Positions 15,142 through 23,783 of a DNA stretch of 64,000 nt are shown here, piece by piece; position 1 is the stretch's first letter; each line of letters opens with the position of its first letter. The translations under genes were made by a program, and so were the position numbers. Location of the stretch: positions 2,570 through 66,569 of the forward strand of contig NZ_JBILTE010000001.1 of assembly GCF_044371705.1 (NCBI RefSeq). Reading direction: 5' to 3'. Below the pieces are notes generated by a model. That model was not told where the DNA came from, did not search any database, and saw only the letters and a program-made list of their open reading frames with translations. This DNA comes from Flavobacterium sp. GTDB taxonomy: Bacteria > Bacteroidota > Bacteroidia > Flavobacteriales > Flavobacteriaceae.

Positions 15142-17907
15142 ATGAAGAACAGCTTTAAATTTTATGCAGTTAAATCTTTAAAAATAGTTGGAATTACTCT
15201 TGCAGTCTTGCTGTTACTACTATTTTTATTACCCAAAATTTTTCCCGGTAAAATAAAAGAACAAGTAGAACTTTTTGCAAATGAAAAATTGGAAGGCGAT
15301 TTATCTTTTGGAGAAACGCACCTTTCTTTCTTTGCTCACTTTCCTTCGCTAACGGTAACTCTTGATGATTTTTTGCTAAAAGGCTCCCTCCCATTTGAAA
15401 AAGATACTTTAGTTTCGTCTAAGGATGTTGCTTTTGGAATTAATTTAAAAACACTTCTATTCAAAAGTAAAATTTCAATTGATGAAATTTATTTAAATGA
15501 CGCTTTTGTTAACATTAAAGTGGATACAAAAGGAAATCCAAATTATAATGTGTACAAAAGTGCACCATCAAATGAACCGGAAGATGCTTCTGAAACTTCT
15601 ATAAAATTAGCACGGATTCAGATAAAAGACACGAGGCTTATTTATGACGATCAATCGTCAAAAGTGCTCGTAAAAGCAAAAGGGTTCAATTATTTAGGAA
15701 AAGGTGATTTAGAAAAAGCAATCTTCGATTTGTATACCGAGGCGGCTATTGAATCGTTTGATTTTTCATATGATGGTGAACAATATTTGAAAAGTAAAAA
15801 AGTAAATGCTTCTCTGATTACCAAAATTAATACCAGTTCCCTTGCATTTGTTTTTGAAGAAAATGATTTAAAAATTAATAAACTTCCTGTTGATTTTAAA
15901 GGAAAATTTGATTTTCTCAAGGATGGTTACCGCATGGATTTTCTTGTTCAATCGAAGAATGCTAATTTAAACGATTTCTTCACTGCTTTACCACCCGTTT
16001 ATTTAAAATGGCTCGAGCAAACAAAAATTAAAGGTAAAACAGATTTGTTTTTTCAATTAAAAGGAGATTATAATTCGGCCAATAACAAAATGCCCAACAT
16101 GCATTTCAATATGAAAGTAAGAGATGGTTTCATTTCTAATCAAGATACGCCCTATCCTGCAGAAAATATATTTTTAAATTTTGATACGAAGTTACCATCG
16201 CTTGATCCTGAAAAATTAGTAGTTAAAATAGACTCCATTTATTTTGATGTCGAGAAGGATTATTTTAATGGCAATGTGATTGTGGAAGGGCTTTCGAAAC
16301 CCAAAATAGATGTACGTGTACGTTCAAAACTTGATCTGGCAAAACTCGATAAAGCAGTAGGACTTAAAGATTTTGGCATTCAAAAGTTACAAGGACTGCT
16401 AAACACCACGATTGTTTCTAAAGGAGTGTATGATGCAGCGAGCAAGCAGTTTCCTGTGACAAAAGGGAATTTGGAATTAAAAAACGGACTCATTCAAACA
16501 GACTATTATCCAACGGCTATTCAAAACATCAATCTTGTTTCTTCTATTTCTTCTGCAAATGGAACTTTAAAAGACTTAGAAGTGAAAGTCAGTCCGGCCT
16601 CGTTTGTTTTTGAAGGAAAACCATTTACAGTGGATGCTTCCTTTCAAAATTTTGAAGATATTGCTTATAACATCAAAGCAAAAGGTGAATTGGATATTGA
16701 AAAAATCTATAAAGTGTTTTCGCAAAAAGGACTTGATGTCACAGGTTATGTAAAAATGGATGTTGCATTTCAGGGAAAACAAAGCGATGCTACCAATGGA
16801 AATTATGGAAATTTAAATAATAAAGGAACAATGGAATTAAGGGAGATTAAAACAACATCCGACTATTTTCCAAAACCTTTAGTGATTAACGAAGGCATTT
16901 TTGTTTTTAACCAAGATCAAATGCGTTTTTCTAATTTTAAAGCAACTTACGGCCAATCAGATTTTCTTATGAATGGCTCAATGTCAAATGTAATTAATTT
17001 TGCATTGTCTGATTCGGAGGTTTTAAAAGGGAACTTTACTGTAAGTTCAAACTACATCAATGTGGATGAATTTATGTCAGAAACACCAATTGCCGCAACA
17101 AATACAACAACAACTGAGCCGGTAGCAACAACAGAAACCGGGGTAATAGTGATTCCTAAGACATTTGATTTTAAATTAAATGCTTCCGGTAAAAAATTAA
17201 ACTTTGACGATTTAGCTATTGAAAACTTGAAAGGCAATTTATTAATCAATAAAGGACGCTTAATACTTCAAAATACTAATTTCAGTTTAATTGGCACCAA
17301 AGTAAGCATGAGTGCTGATTATTATGCCGAAAACTCCTCCAAAGCCGTTTTTGATTATACAATAAATGCGACTGACTTCGATATTAAACGAGCGTATAAC
17401 GAAGTGAAGATGTTCAGAGAAATGGCTTCAGCTGCGGAGTATGCCGAGGGAATTGTATCATTAAACTATAAAATTGCAGGTGTTTTGGAAGCGGATATGA
17501 TGCCTAATTATCCCTCGTTAAAAGGGGGAGGAGACTTAACGGTGAAGCAAGTAAAAATGAAAGGGTTCAAACTTTTTAACGCAGTTAGTAAAAAAACAGA
17601 CAACGAAGGCCTAAAAGATCCCGATATTTCAAAAGTGACCATTCAAACAACTATAAAAAATAATATCATTAAAATTGAGCCGTTTAAGTTCAAAGTTGCC
17701 GGTTTTAGACCAAAAATTCAAGGAGAATCTAGTCTAGACGGCAAACTAAATATCAAAATGCGTTTGGGACTTCCACCTTTAGGGATTATTGGCATTCCAA
17801 TCAAAATTACAGGTAACCAAGACAATCCTATCATTGGTGTAGGTAAAAAATCCGAAGATTTAGAGGAAACGGAATATGAGGAAGGAACAACTCCGGTAAT
17901 TAAGTAA
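15142..17907 (+). CDS. AsmA-family protein
   Basis: Single N-terminal TM anchor, long beta-rich body and an AsmA-like C-terminus. ATG at 15142 is preferred over the GTG at 15115. Confidence 0.8.
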   Translation: MKNSFKFYAVKSLKIVGITLAVLLLLLFLLPKIFPGKIKEQVELFANEKLEGDLSFGETHLSFFAHFPSLTVTLDDFLLKGSLPFEKDTLVSSKDVAFGINLKTLLFKSKISIDEIYLNDAFVNIKVDTKGNPNYNVYKSAPSNEPEDASETSIKLARIQIKDTRLIYDDQSSKVLVKAKGFNYLGKGDLEKAIFDLYTEAAIESFDFSYDGEQYLKSKKVNASLITKINTSSLAFVFEENDLKINKLPVDFKGKFDFLKDGYRMDFLVQSKNANLNDFFTALPPVYLKWLEQTKIKGKTDLFFQLKGDYNSANNKMPNMHFNMKVRDGFISNQDTPYPAENIFLNFDTKLPSLDPEKLVVKIDSIYFDVEKDYFNGNVIVEGLSKPKIDVRVRSKLDLAKLDKAVGLKDFGIQKLQGLLNTTIVSKGVYDAASKQFPVTKGNLELKNGLIQTDYYPTAIQNINLVSSISSANGTLKDLEVKVSPASFVFEGKPFTVDASFQNFEDIAYNIKAKGELDIEKIYKVFSQKGLDVTGYVKMDVAFQGKQSDATNGNYGNLNNKGTMELREIKTTSDYFPKPLVINEGIFVFNQDQMRFSNFKATYGQSDFLMNGSMSNVINFALSDSEVLKGNFTVSSNYINVDEFMSETPIAATNTTTTEPVATTETGVIVIPKTFDFKLNASGKKLNFDDLAIENLKGNLLINKGRLILQNTNFSLIGTKVSMSADYYAENSSKAVFDYTINATDFDIKRAYNEVKMFREMASAAEYAEGIVSLNYKIAGVLEADMMPNYPSLKGGGDLTVKQVKMKGFKLFNAVSKKTDNEGLKDPDISKVTIQTTIKNNIIKIEPFKFKVAGFRPKIQGESSLDGKLNIKMRLGLPPLGIIGIPIKITGNQDNPIIGVGKKSEDLEETEYEEGTTPVIK

Positions 17908-17947
17908 GAAAAACGACATTCAGCTGCAAAAGACTCCATTAAATAGC

Positions 17948-17977
17948 AAAAAACCCATCACTAATTGATGGGTTTTT
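17948..17977. terminator. Bidirectional terminator between asmA and tRNA-Phe
   Basis: AAAAACCCATC/GATGGGTTTTT inverted repeat between convergent genes. Confidence 0.8.
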
Positions 17978-17980
17978 CTG

Positions 17981-18053
17981 TGGTACCTCCAGGAATCGAA
18001 CCAGGGACACATGGATTTTCAGTCCATTGCTCTACCAACTGAGCTAAGGTACC
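17981..18053 (-). tRNA. tRNA-Phe (GAA)
   Basis: GGTACCTTAGCTCAGTTGGTAGAGCAATGGACTGAAAATCCATGTGTCCCTGGTTCGATTCCTGGAGGTACCA folds as a cloverleaf with anticodon GAA and a TTCGA T-loop; CCA is not encoded. Confidence 0.98.
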
Positions 18054-18069
18054 GTTGCTAACGCGGGTG

Positions 18070-18077
18070 CAAATATA
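18070..18077 (-). promoter_or_regulatory. -7 box (TATATTTG) of the tRNA-Phe promoter
   Basis: Exact TAnnTTTG, 17 bp upstream of the tRNA 5' end. Confidence 0.7.
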
Positions 18078-18152
18078 GAACGATTTTTATTTTATCCAAA
18101 ACAATTACTTAAAAAAATCTATTTGTACATTCGTATTTTAATTATCAACTTT

Positions 18153-18887
18153 ATGTTAGTAGCAATTGATGTTGGAAATACCAGAATTAAAGCAGCTGTA
18201 TTTGAGGGTTATAGCTTACTAAAGCTATACTTATTAGAAAAAGAAACCTTCCAAGATGACCTAAAAAATATTTTTTCAAATCACGAAAAAATAACTAATG
18301 TGTGGGTTTCTGCTGTAACTTCAATTGAAAAAAAGGCTTTTGAAGGTCTTTCGGATAAAATTCAAATTCATTTCATCAGTCATTTGGACGTATTTCCATT
18401 TCATAATCTATATGCTACACCAACAACTTTGGGATTAGACCGAATGGTTCTGGCGGCCGGAGCAGTTTTACAATACCCACAAAAAAATAGATTAATAATT
18501 GATGCTGGAACTTGCATTACGTTTGATTTTGTAGATGAAAATGATAATTATTTGGGGGGTGCCATTTCTCCCGGGTTAAGATTACGTTATGAATCTTTGC
18601 ACCAATACACTTCAAAATTACCTTTGTTAACACTGGAAATACCCGAAAAGTATATTGGAAATTCCACAAATCAATCCATACATTCAGGTGTAGTGCTTGG
18701 AGTGGTGCACGAAATCGAAGGTTATATTTCAAGGTTTACAGAAGATTATGAAAACTTTACAATAATTTTAACGGGAGGTGACTCAGATTTTTTGGCTAAA
18801 CGATTAAAAAGTACCATATTTGCCAATTCAAATTTCCTTCTGGAGAGTTTGAATCATTTATTTCAATTTTATACCTATAATGATTAA
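18153..18887 (+). CDS. coaX: Type III pantothenate kinase
   Basis: IDVGNT, LGLDR, IIDAGTCIT and GGAISPG motifs. ATG at 18153 is preferred. Confidence 0.93.
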   Translation: MLVAIDVGNTRIKAAVFEGYSLLKLYLLEKETFQDDLKNIFSNHEKITNVWVSAVTSIEKKAFEGLSDKIQIHFISHLDVFPFHNLYATPTTLGLDRMVLAAGAVLQYPQKNRLIIDAGTCITFDFVDENDNYLGGAISPGLRLRYESLHQYTSKLPLLTLEIPEKYIGNSTNQSIHSGVVLGVVHEIEGYISRFTEDYENFTIILTGGDSDFLAKRLKSTIFANSNFLLESLNHLFQFYTYND

Positions 18888-20148
18888 AAATTTCGCAGTT
18901 TATATTGTTTTGCTATTTTCAGTAGTTACAATGGCTCAAGAAAGTACAGCTTCACCCTATTCCTATTACGGTCTGGGACAATTAAGTTTTAAAGGAGCTT
19001 TTGAAAACAGAATCATGGGTGGAGTTAATGTGTTTAAAGATTCCTTGCGAATTAATTTTTTGAATCCTGCATCGTACGCTCATTTAAAAAGAACCACTTT
19101 TACTATTGGAGGAACGCAAAACATAACCACCTTTAATCAAGCCGATGGTTCCAAAGAAAGGGCTAATAGATCTTCGTTAAATTATGTTGGTGTTGGAATA
19201 CCTCTACGTAAATCGGCTTTTGTACTAGGGGTTATGCCTTATACAGTAGTTGGTTACAAAATCGAGAATCAATCTATTGACGAAGATAATGATTTTGAGC
19301 GAATTAGAAGATTTACAGGTAGCGGCGGCGTCAACAGAGCATTTTTGGGCTACGGATATGCAATTACGCCCTCTTTGTCTTTCGGAGTGGAAGCAGCTTA
19401 TAATTTCGGAAATATTTCTACAAACTCCGCTGAAGCTATTTCTAACGTTCAATATGGAACTTCAGAATTAAACGAATCAAGAGTAGATGGTTTTACATTT
19501 AATACGGGATTAGCCTACAATAAGAAATTGAATGAAAAATATACAATCTTCGGAAACGTTGCTTATACTCCACAAAGTTCTGTAACTTTTTACAATACAA
19601 CAACTATTTCTATTGTTCAATACTTAAGTAATGGGTCATTTGTTGTTGTAAATCCTGACGAATCAGAAGTTACCAAAGTAAATCAAAAAATTAAGAATCC
19701 ATCTAAATTTAGTTTCGGATTGGGGATAGGAGATGAGACAAAATTTGGCATTGGAGCTCAATTAACGCTTACCGACTTTAATGAGTTTGGCAATAGATAT
19801 TCCGAAATTGAAAGTGGCACCTTTGAAAATGGAACAAAAATAGGATTTGGCGGATATTATATTCCAAAATATAATTCCTTTACAAACTATTGGAATAGAG
19901 TCACATATAGAGCCGGCTTTAATTACGAGAATACAGGATTAGTAGTGCGTGAGGAAAGCATAATCGATTATGGCATAAATTTTGGTTTAGGTTTGCCGGT
20001 GCCGGGTTCTATTTCAACATTTACTGTTGGCTTTGAATTTGGCTCCAGAGGTACAACAAGTGCAAATCTTATCAAAGAAAACTATTTTAATTTATTAATT
20101 AGTTTAAATTTGAACGATAAATGGTTTGTAAAAAGCAAGTATAATTAA
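18880..20148 (+). CDS. Outer-membrane beta-barrel protein (FadL-like fold suspected), function unknown
   Basis: Signal peptide, SPYSYYGLG N-terminal motif, alternating amphipathic strands and an aromatic C-terminus. Confidence 0.7.
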   Translation: MIKNFAVYIVLLFSVVTMAQESTASPYSYYGLGQLSFKGAFENRIMGGVNVFKDSLRINFLNPASYAHLKRTTFTIGGTQNITTFNQADGSKERANRSSLNYVGVGIPLRKSAFVLGVMPYTVVGYKIENQSIDEDNDFERIRRFTGSGGVNRAFLGYGYAITPSLSFGVEAAYNFGNISTNSAEAISNVQYGTSELNESRVDGFTFNTGLAYNKKLNEKYTIFGNVAYTPQSSVTFYNTTTISIVQYLSNGSFVVVNPDESEVTKVNQKIKNPSKFSFGLGIGDETKFGIGAQLTLTDFNEFGNRYSEIESGTFENGTKIGFGGYYIPKYNSFTNYWNRVTYRAGFNYENTGLVVREESIIDYGINFGLGLPVPGSISTFTVGFEFGSRGTTSANLIKENYFNLLISLNLNDKWFVKSKYN

Positions 20149-20162
20149 AAGTAAATAAAAAA

Positions 20163-21530
20163 ATGAAAACTAAAGTAATTGTATTTATAGCAGTTCTGGC
20201 TAATTTTTTGAATGTTAATGCTCAGACAGAGTGTACGGATAAGTTATCCATCTTTGTCGAGTTGGCAAAATCTAAAAATTACAATGATGCGTATCCGGCT
20301 CTGGTTGAGTTAAGAAAAATCTGTCCATCTTTTCATAAGGCTATTTATGCGTATGGTGAACCAACCATTGAATATTTTATTGATAACGCTAAAACGAAGG
20401 AAGAAAAGGAAAAATTCGTTAGAGAACAAATGGGTTTATTTGATGATTACGACAAGTATTTTCCAGACAATGGTAAAGGGAATTCCATCAAAAAAGCATT
20501 AGCATTATTTGATAACAATGTAGGTTCGGTGCAAGAAGTATATAAAATTTTAGACACTACTTTTAAAACAGATAAAGCCAATTTTACAAATCCTAAAGCA
20601 TTATTATTATACTTTCAAATATATGTAGATGGATATGAAGCTGGCACGCAGAATATTCAACTGCAAGATGTATTTGACAAATATGATATTATTGCAGAAA
20701 AAGTTGAAGAAGAAGCAAAAGTTTTATCCGATGCTAAGGATGAGTTGTTGAAAAAACAAGACGCAGGTCAAGCTTTAACAACCAAAGAACAAAAAGACTT
20801 TGACAGATATGAAAGCAATCTTGAAGCTTTTGAAACAGTTGCAACAAGTATGGATGCTAAAATTGAATTATTAGCAACTTGCGATCGTTTGATTCCGTTT
20901 TACAGCAAAAGTTTTGAAGAGAAAAAAGGCGATGCTGAATGGTTAAGAAGAGCAGCCCAACGTTTGGACAGAAAAAATTGTTCTACTGACCCATTGTTTG
21001 CAAAAATTTCAGAAACTTTACACGCTTTGAACCCTACAGCGGAGTCAGCTTATAACTTGGGGGTATCGTATTACAACAAGAAAAACACCACAAAAGCTCT
21101 TGAGTATTTAAATCAATCAGCTGATTTGCAAAAAGATAATGGTAAAAAAGCTAATGTTTATTATACTATTGCGGCAAATATTTATGGCAGCAGTAACAAG
21201 TCACAGGCAAGATCGTATGCAGAAAAAGCATTAGCAGCTCAGCCATCATTTGGTAAAGCATATTTATTCATTGCTCAATTATATGCAAATAGTGTGAATG
21301 AATGTGGAACTACTCCTTTTGAAAAAAGAGCTGTGAACTGGTTGGCTGCACAAACAGCAAGAAGAGCTGGTCAGGTGAATTCTTCTTTAAAAGCAACAGC
21401 TGATCAAGCAGCTTCATCTTATGAGCAAAGAGCTCCGACAAAAGGAGATATTTTTAATGAAGGTATGGCTGGAAAACAAATTTGCTTCAAATGTTGGATT
21501 GGTAAATGTATTATGGTTCCGAGTTTGTAA
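20163..21530 (+). CDS. Secreted tetratricopeptide-repeat protein
   Basis: Signal peptide; TPR-like helices (AYNLGVSYY..., ALAAQPSFGKAYLFIAQLY); Cys-rich ends. Confidence 0.75.
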   Translation: MKTKVIVFIAVLANFLNVNAQTECTDKLSIFVELAKSKNYNDAYPALVELRKICPSFHKAIYAYGEPTIEYFIDNAKTKEEKEKFVREQMGLFDDYDKYFPDNGKGNSIKKALALFDNNVGSVQEVYKILDTTFKTDKANFTNPKALLLYFQIYVDGYEAGTQNIQLQDVFDKYDIIAEKVEEEAKVLSDAKDELLKKQDAGQALTTKEQKDFDRYESNLEAFETVATSMDAKIELLATCDRLIPFYSKSFEEKKGDAEWLRRAAQRLDRKNCSTDPLFAKISETLHALNPTAESAYNLGVSYYNKKNTTKALEYLNQSADLQKDNGKKANVYYTIAANIYGSSNKSQARSYAEKALAAQPSFGKAYLFIAQLYANSVNECGTTPFEKRAVNWLAAQTARRAGQVNSSLKATADQAASSYEQRAPTKGDIFNEGMAGKQICFKCWIGKCIMVPSL

Positions 21531-21531
21531 A

Positions 21532-22089
21532 ATGAATTCAAAAATAAAAAATACATTTTTTATAGGTGTCACAGCGTTTGTTGTGACACTCTTTTTTTCA
21601 TGTGAAAGCAACTTTAAAGAGGTACAGAAATTCAATTTTTCAGAATTCATGCCCTCGGGCGAAGCCGACACGATTAATTTGAAATACACCGATTCCGGCA
21701 GAATTAAAGCCATTATGTATAGCCCTAAAATGGTGGATTATGCAACCGTAAAATACCCCTTTACTGAATTTACCGAAAGTATTGATGTGACTTTATATGA
21801 AATCAATGGAAAGAAAAGTTTCATTCGTTCAGATTATGCTATTTCATTCAAAGGAACGGACATTATTGATTTAAGAGGGAATGTAAAGTTTACCACCCCT
21901 GAAGGTCAGATTCTGGAAACAGAACAAATATATTACGACCAAAAAAATGAATGGTTTTTTACAGAGAAAAAGTTTAAATTTACAGATTCCAATAAAGGTT
22001 TTACTACGGGTGAGGGTATAGATTTTAGTAAAGATTTGTCCAAAATCAATTACCAGAAAGTATACAGTGAAATCAATGAAGCGGAATAA
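21532..22089 (+). CDS. lptC: LPS export ABC transporter periplasmic protein LptC
   Basis: Lipobox-like FFSC, YTDSG motif and a beta-jellyroll pattern. ATG at 21532 directly follows the TPR stop; the ORF-track start at 21421 overlaps that gene. Confidence 0.75.
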   Translation: MNSKIKNTFFIGVTAFVVTLFFSCESNFKEVQKFNFSEFMPSGEADTINLKYTDSGRIKAIMYSPKMVDYATVKYPFTEFTESIDVTLYEINGKKSFIRSDYAISFKGTDIIDLRGNVKFTTPEGQILETEQIYYDQKNEWFFTEKKFKFTDSNKGFTTGEGIDFSKDLSKINYQKVYSEINEAE

Positions 22090-22117
22090 TTTTTTTGCAA
22101 TTTAAAAATCAACAATC

Positions 22118-22312
22118 ATGACATATCTAAAATACATTCAATATTTTTATTTATTTGCAGCCGGATTTTTCATCTATTTAGGGATCACTTCACTTAGTTC
22201 TGAAGAACGAAATCCTTGGATCATGTTTTTATTTGCGGGAATAGCAATATTTATGTTCTTTTTCAGAAGACATTTTTATACCAAATTTCAAGATAAAAAT
22301 AAAAAACAGTAG
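22118..22312 (+). CDS. Small two-TM membrane protein, function unknown
   Basis: 64 aa with two hydrophobic segments and a basic tail; its TAG stop overlaps the GTG start of the next gene. Confidence 0.7.
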   Translation: MTYLKYIQYFYLFAAGFFIYLGITSLSSEERNPWIMFLFAGIAIFMFFFRRHFYTKFQDKNKKQ

Positions 22313-23580
22313 TGGAAATCACTGTTATCATAATTTGTCTGCTTTTTTCTGCATTCTTTTCAGGAATGGAAATAGCCTTTGTGTCTTCAAACAAAGTCTA
22401 CCTAGGAATAGAAAAACTGCAAGAAAACTTTAGTGCTAAAATTTTACAAAAATTAACCGAAAAGCCATCTAAGTTTATTGCTGCCATGCTGGTGGGAAAT
22501 AATATTGCTCTGGTAGTATACGGTTTTATGATGGGGGATTTGATTATTAAATTTATTTTTCCTGAATATAATACTCAAAAAGAGGATCTTCCGATTCAAA
22601 TTATTTTAATCCAAACGCTACTATCCACTGCAGTAATACTTGTTACGGCTGAGTTTTTACCAAAAGTTTTTTTTCAAATATATGCCAATTCATTTTTCAA
22701 ATTCTTCGCAGTACCGGCTTATGTTTTATACTTAGTTTTATATATTTTTTCCAGTTTTACCATTTGGATCTCTGATATTATTTTAAAAAAATTCTTCAAA
22801 ACAGAAGGTGACGAAGTGCAATTGCTCTTTAGTAAAGTTGAATTAGGAAACTATATTTCAGAACAAATGGATGGTGTGCATGCAAATGATTTTGTAGATT
22901 CTGAGATACAAATATTTCAAAATGCTTTGGATTTTACGAGTGTAAAAGCTCGCGATGTTATGAATCCTAGAACGGATATTGCAGCTGTTGAAATTCATGA
23001 TTCGGTGACGGATTTGAAAGAAAAATTTATAGAGACCGGTTATTCAAAAATTTTGGTTTATCGTGATTCTTTAGATGATATTATCGGTTACGTACATTCC
23101 TTCGATTTATTCAAAAAGCCAAAAACAATACATTCCGTTTTAATTCCTGTTGAATTTGTTCCCGAAACAATGTTTATAAAAGATGTTTTAAAACTTTTGA
23201 CAAAAAAAAGAAAAAGTGTAGCTATAGTTTTAGATGAATATGGTGGAACGTCGGGAATGTTAACCATTGAAGATATCGTAGAGGAACTTTTTGGCGAAAT
23301 TGAAGATGAACATGATGAAGAGGAAGCACTCATTGAAGAAGAAGTAAACGAATTTACCTATCGATTTTCCACACGGTTAAAAGTGGAGTACTTAAACGAA
23401 ATGTACAAATTTAACCTACCTGAAAGTGACTCTTATTCCACTCTTGGAGGTTTGATAGTTGATCATACCAATGAAATTCCCCAAGTAGGTGAAGAAATTT
23501 CTATTGAGCCTTTTCATTTTACCATTGAAGAAGCTTCTAATAAAAAAATTGAATTGATCAAATTGGTAATTAAGAACTAA
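22312..23580 (+). CDS. Hemolysin/CorC (CNNM-CBS-CorC) family protein
   Basis: FFSGMEIAFVS (DUF21), paired CBS domains (GYSKILVY, DEYGGTSGMLTIEDIVEELFGEIEDEHD) and a CorC tail. Confidence 0.9.
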   Translation: MEITVIIICLLFSAFFSGMEIAFVSSNKVYLGIEKLQENFSAKILQKLTEKPSKFIAAMLVGNNIALVVYGFMMGDLIIKFIFPEYNTQKEDLPIQIILIQTLLSTAVILVTAEFLPKVFFQIYANSFFKFFAVPAYVLYLVLYIFSSFTIWISDIILKKFFKTEGDEVQLLFSKVELGNYISEQMDGVHANDFVDSEIQIFQNALDFTSVKARDVMNPRTDIAAVEIHDSVTDLKEKFIETGYSKILVYRDSLDDIIGYVHSFDLFKKPKTIHSVLIPVEFVPETMFIKDVLKLLTKKRKSVAIVLDEYGGTSGMLTIEDIVEELFGEIEDEHDEEEALIEEEVNEFTYRFSTRLKVEYLNEMYKFNLPESDSYSTLGGLIVDHTNEIPQVGEEISIEPFHFTIEEASNKKIELIKLVIKN

Positions 23581-23783
23581 TTTTATAAGTATTGCAGTAG
23601 TTGTTTTCGCAGCAATCTGCTCTTTTTTTTACTTCAAATAATCAGATTTTCAACGATTCATTTAATTTGAAACCACCAGCAATTTCAGCTATTCAAAAAA
23701 AATAGTAAATTATCTTTCATTCATTATTATTATTTCATAGATAATTGTATTTTCGCAAACTGAATTAAAAAAATTTAATAGAA

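Noticed and set aside
17981-18053. tRNA-Phe as the attachment site of an integrated element
   Set aside because: I found no duplicated tRNA 3' end and no integrase; a normal terminator follows immediately.
21421-21531. N-terminal extension of LptC in the ORF track
   Set aside because: It overlaps the TPR gene by 110 bp; the ATG at 21532 gives a normal signal/lipobox right after the TPR stop.
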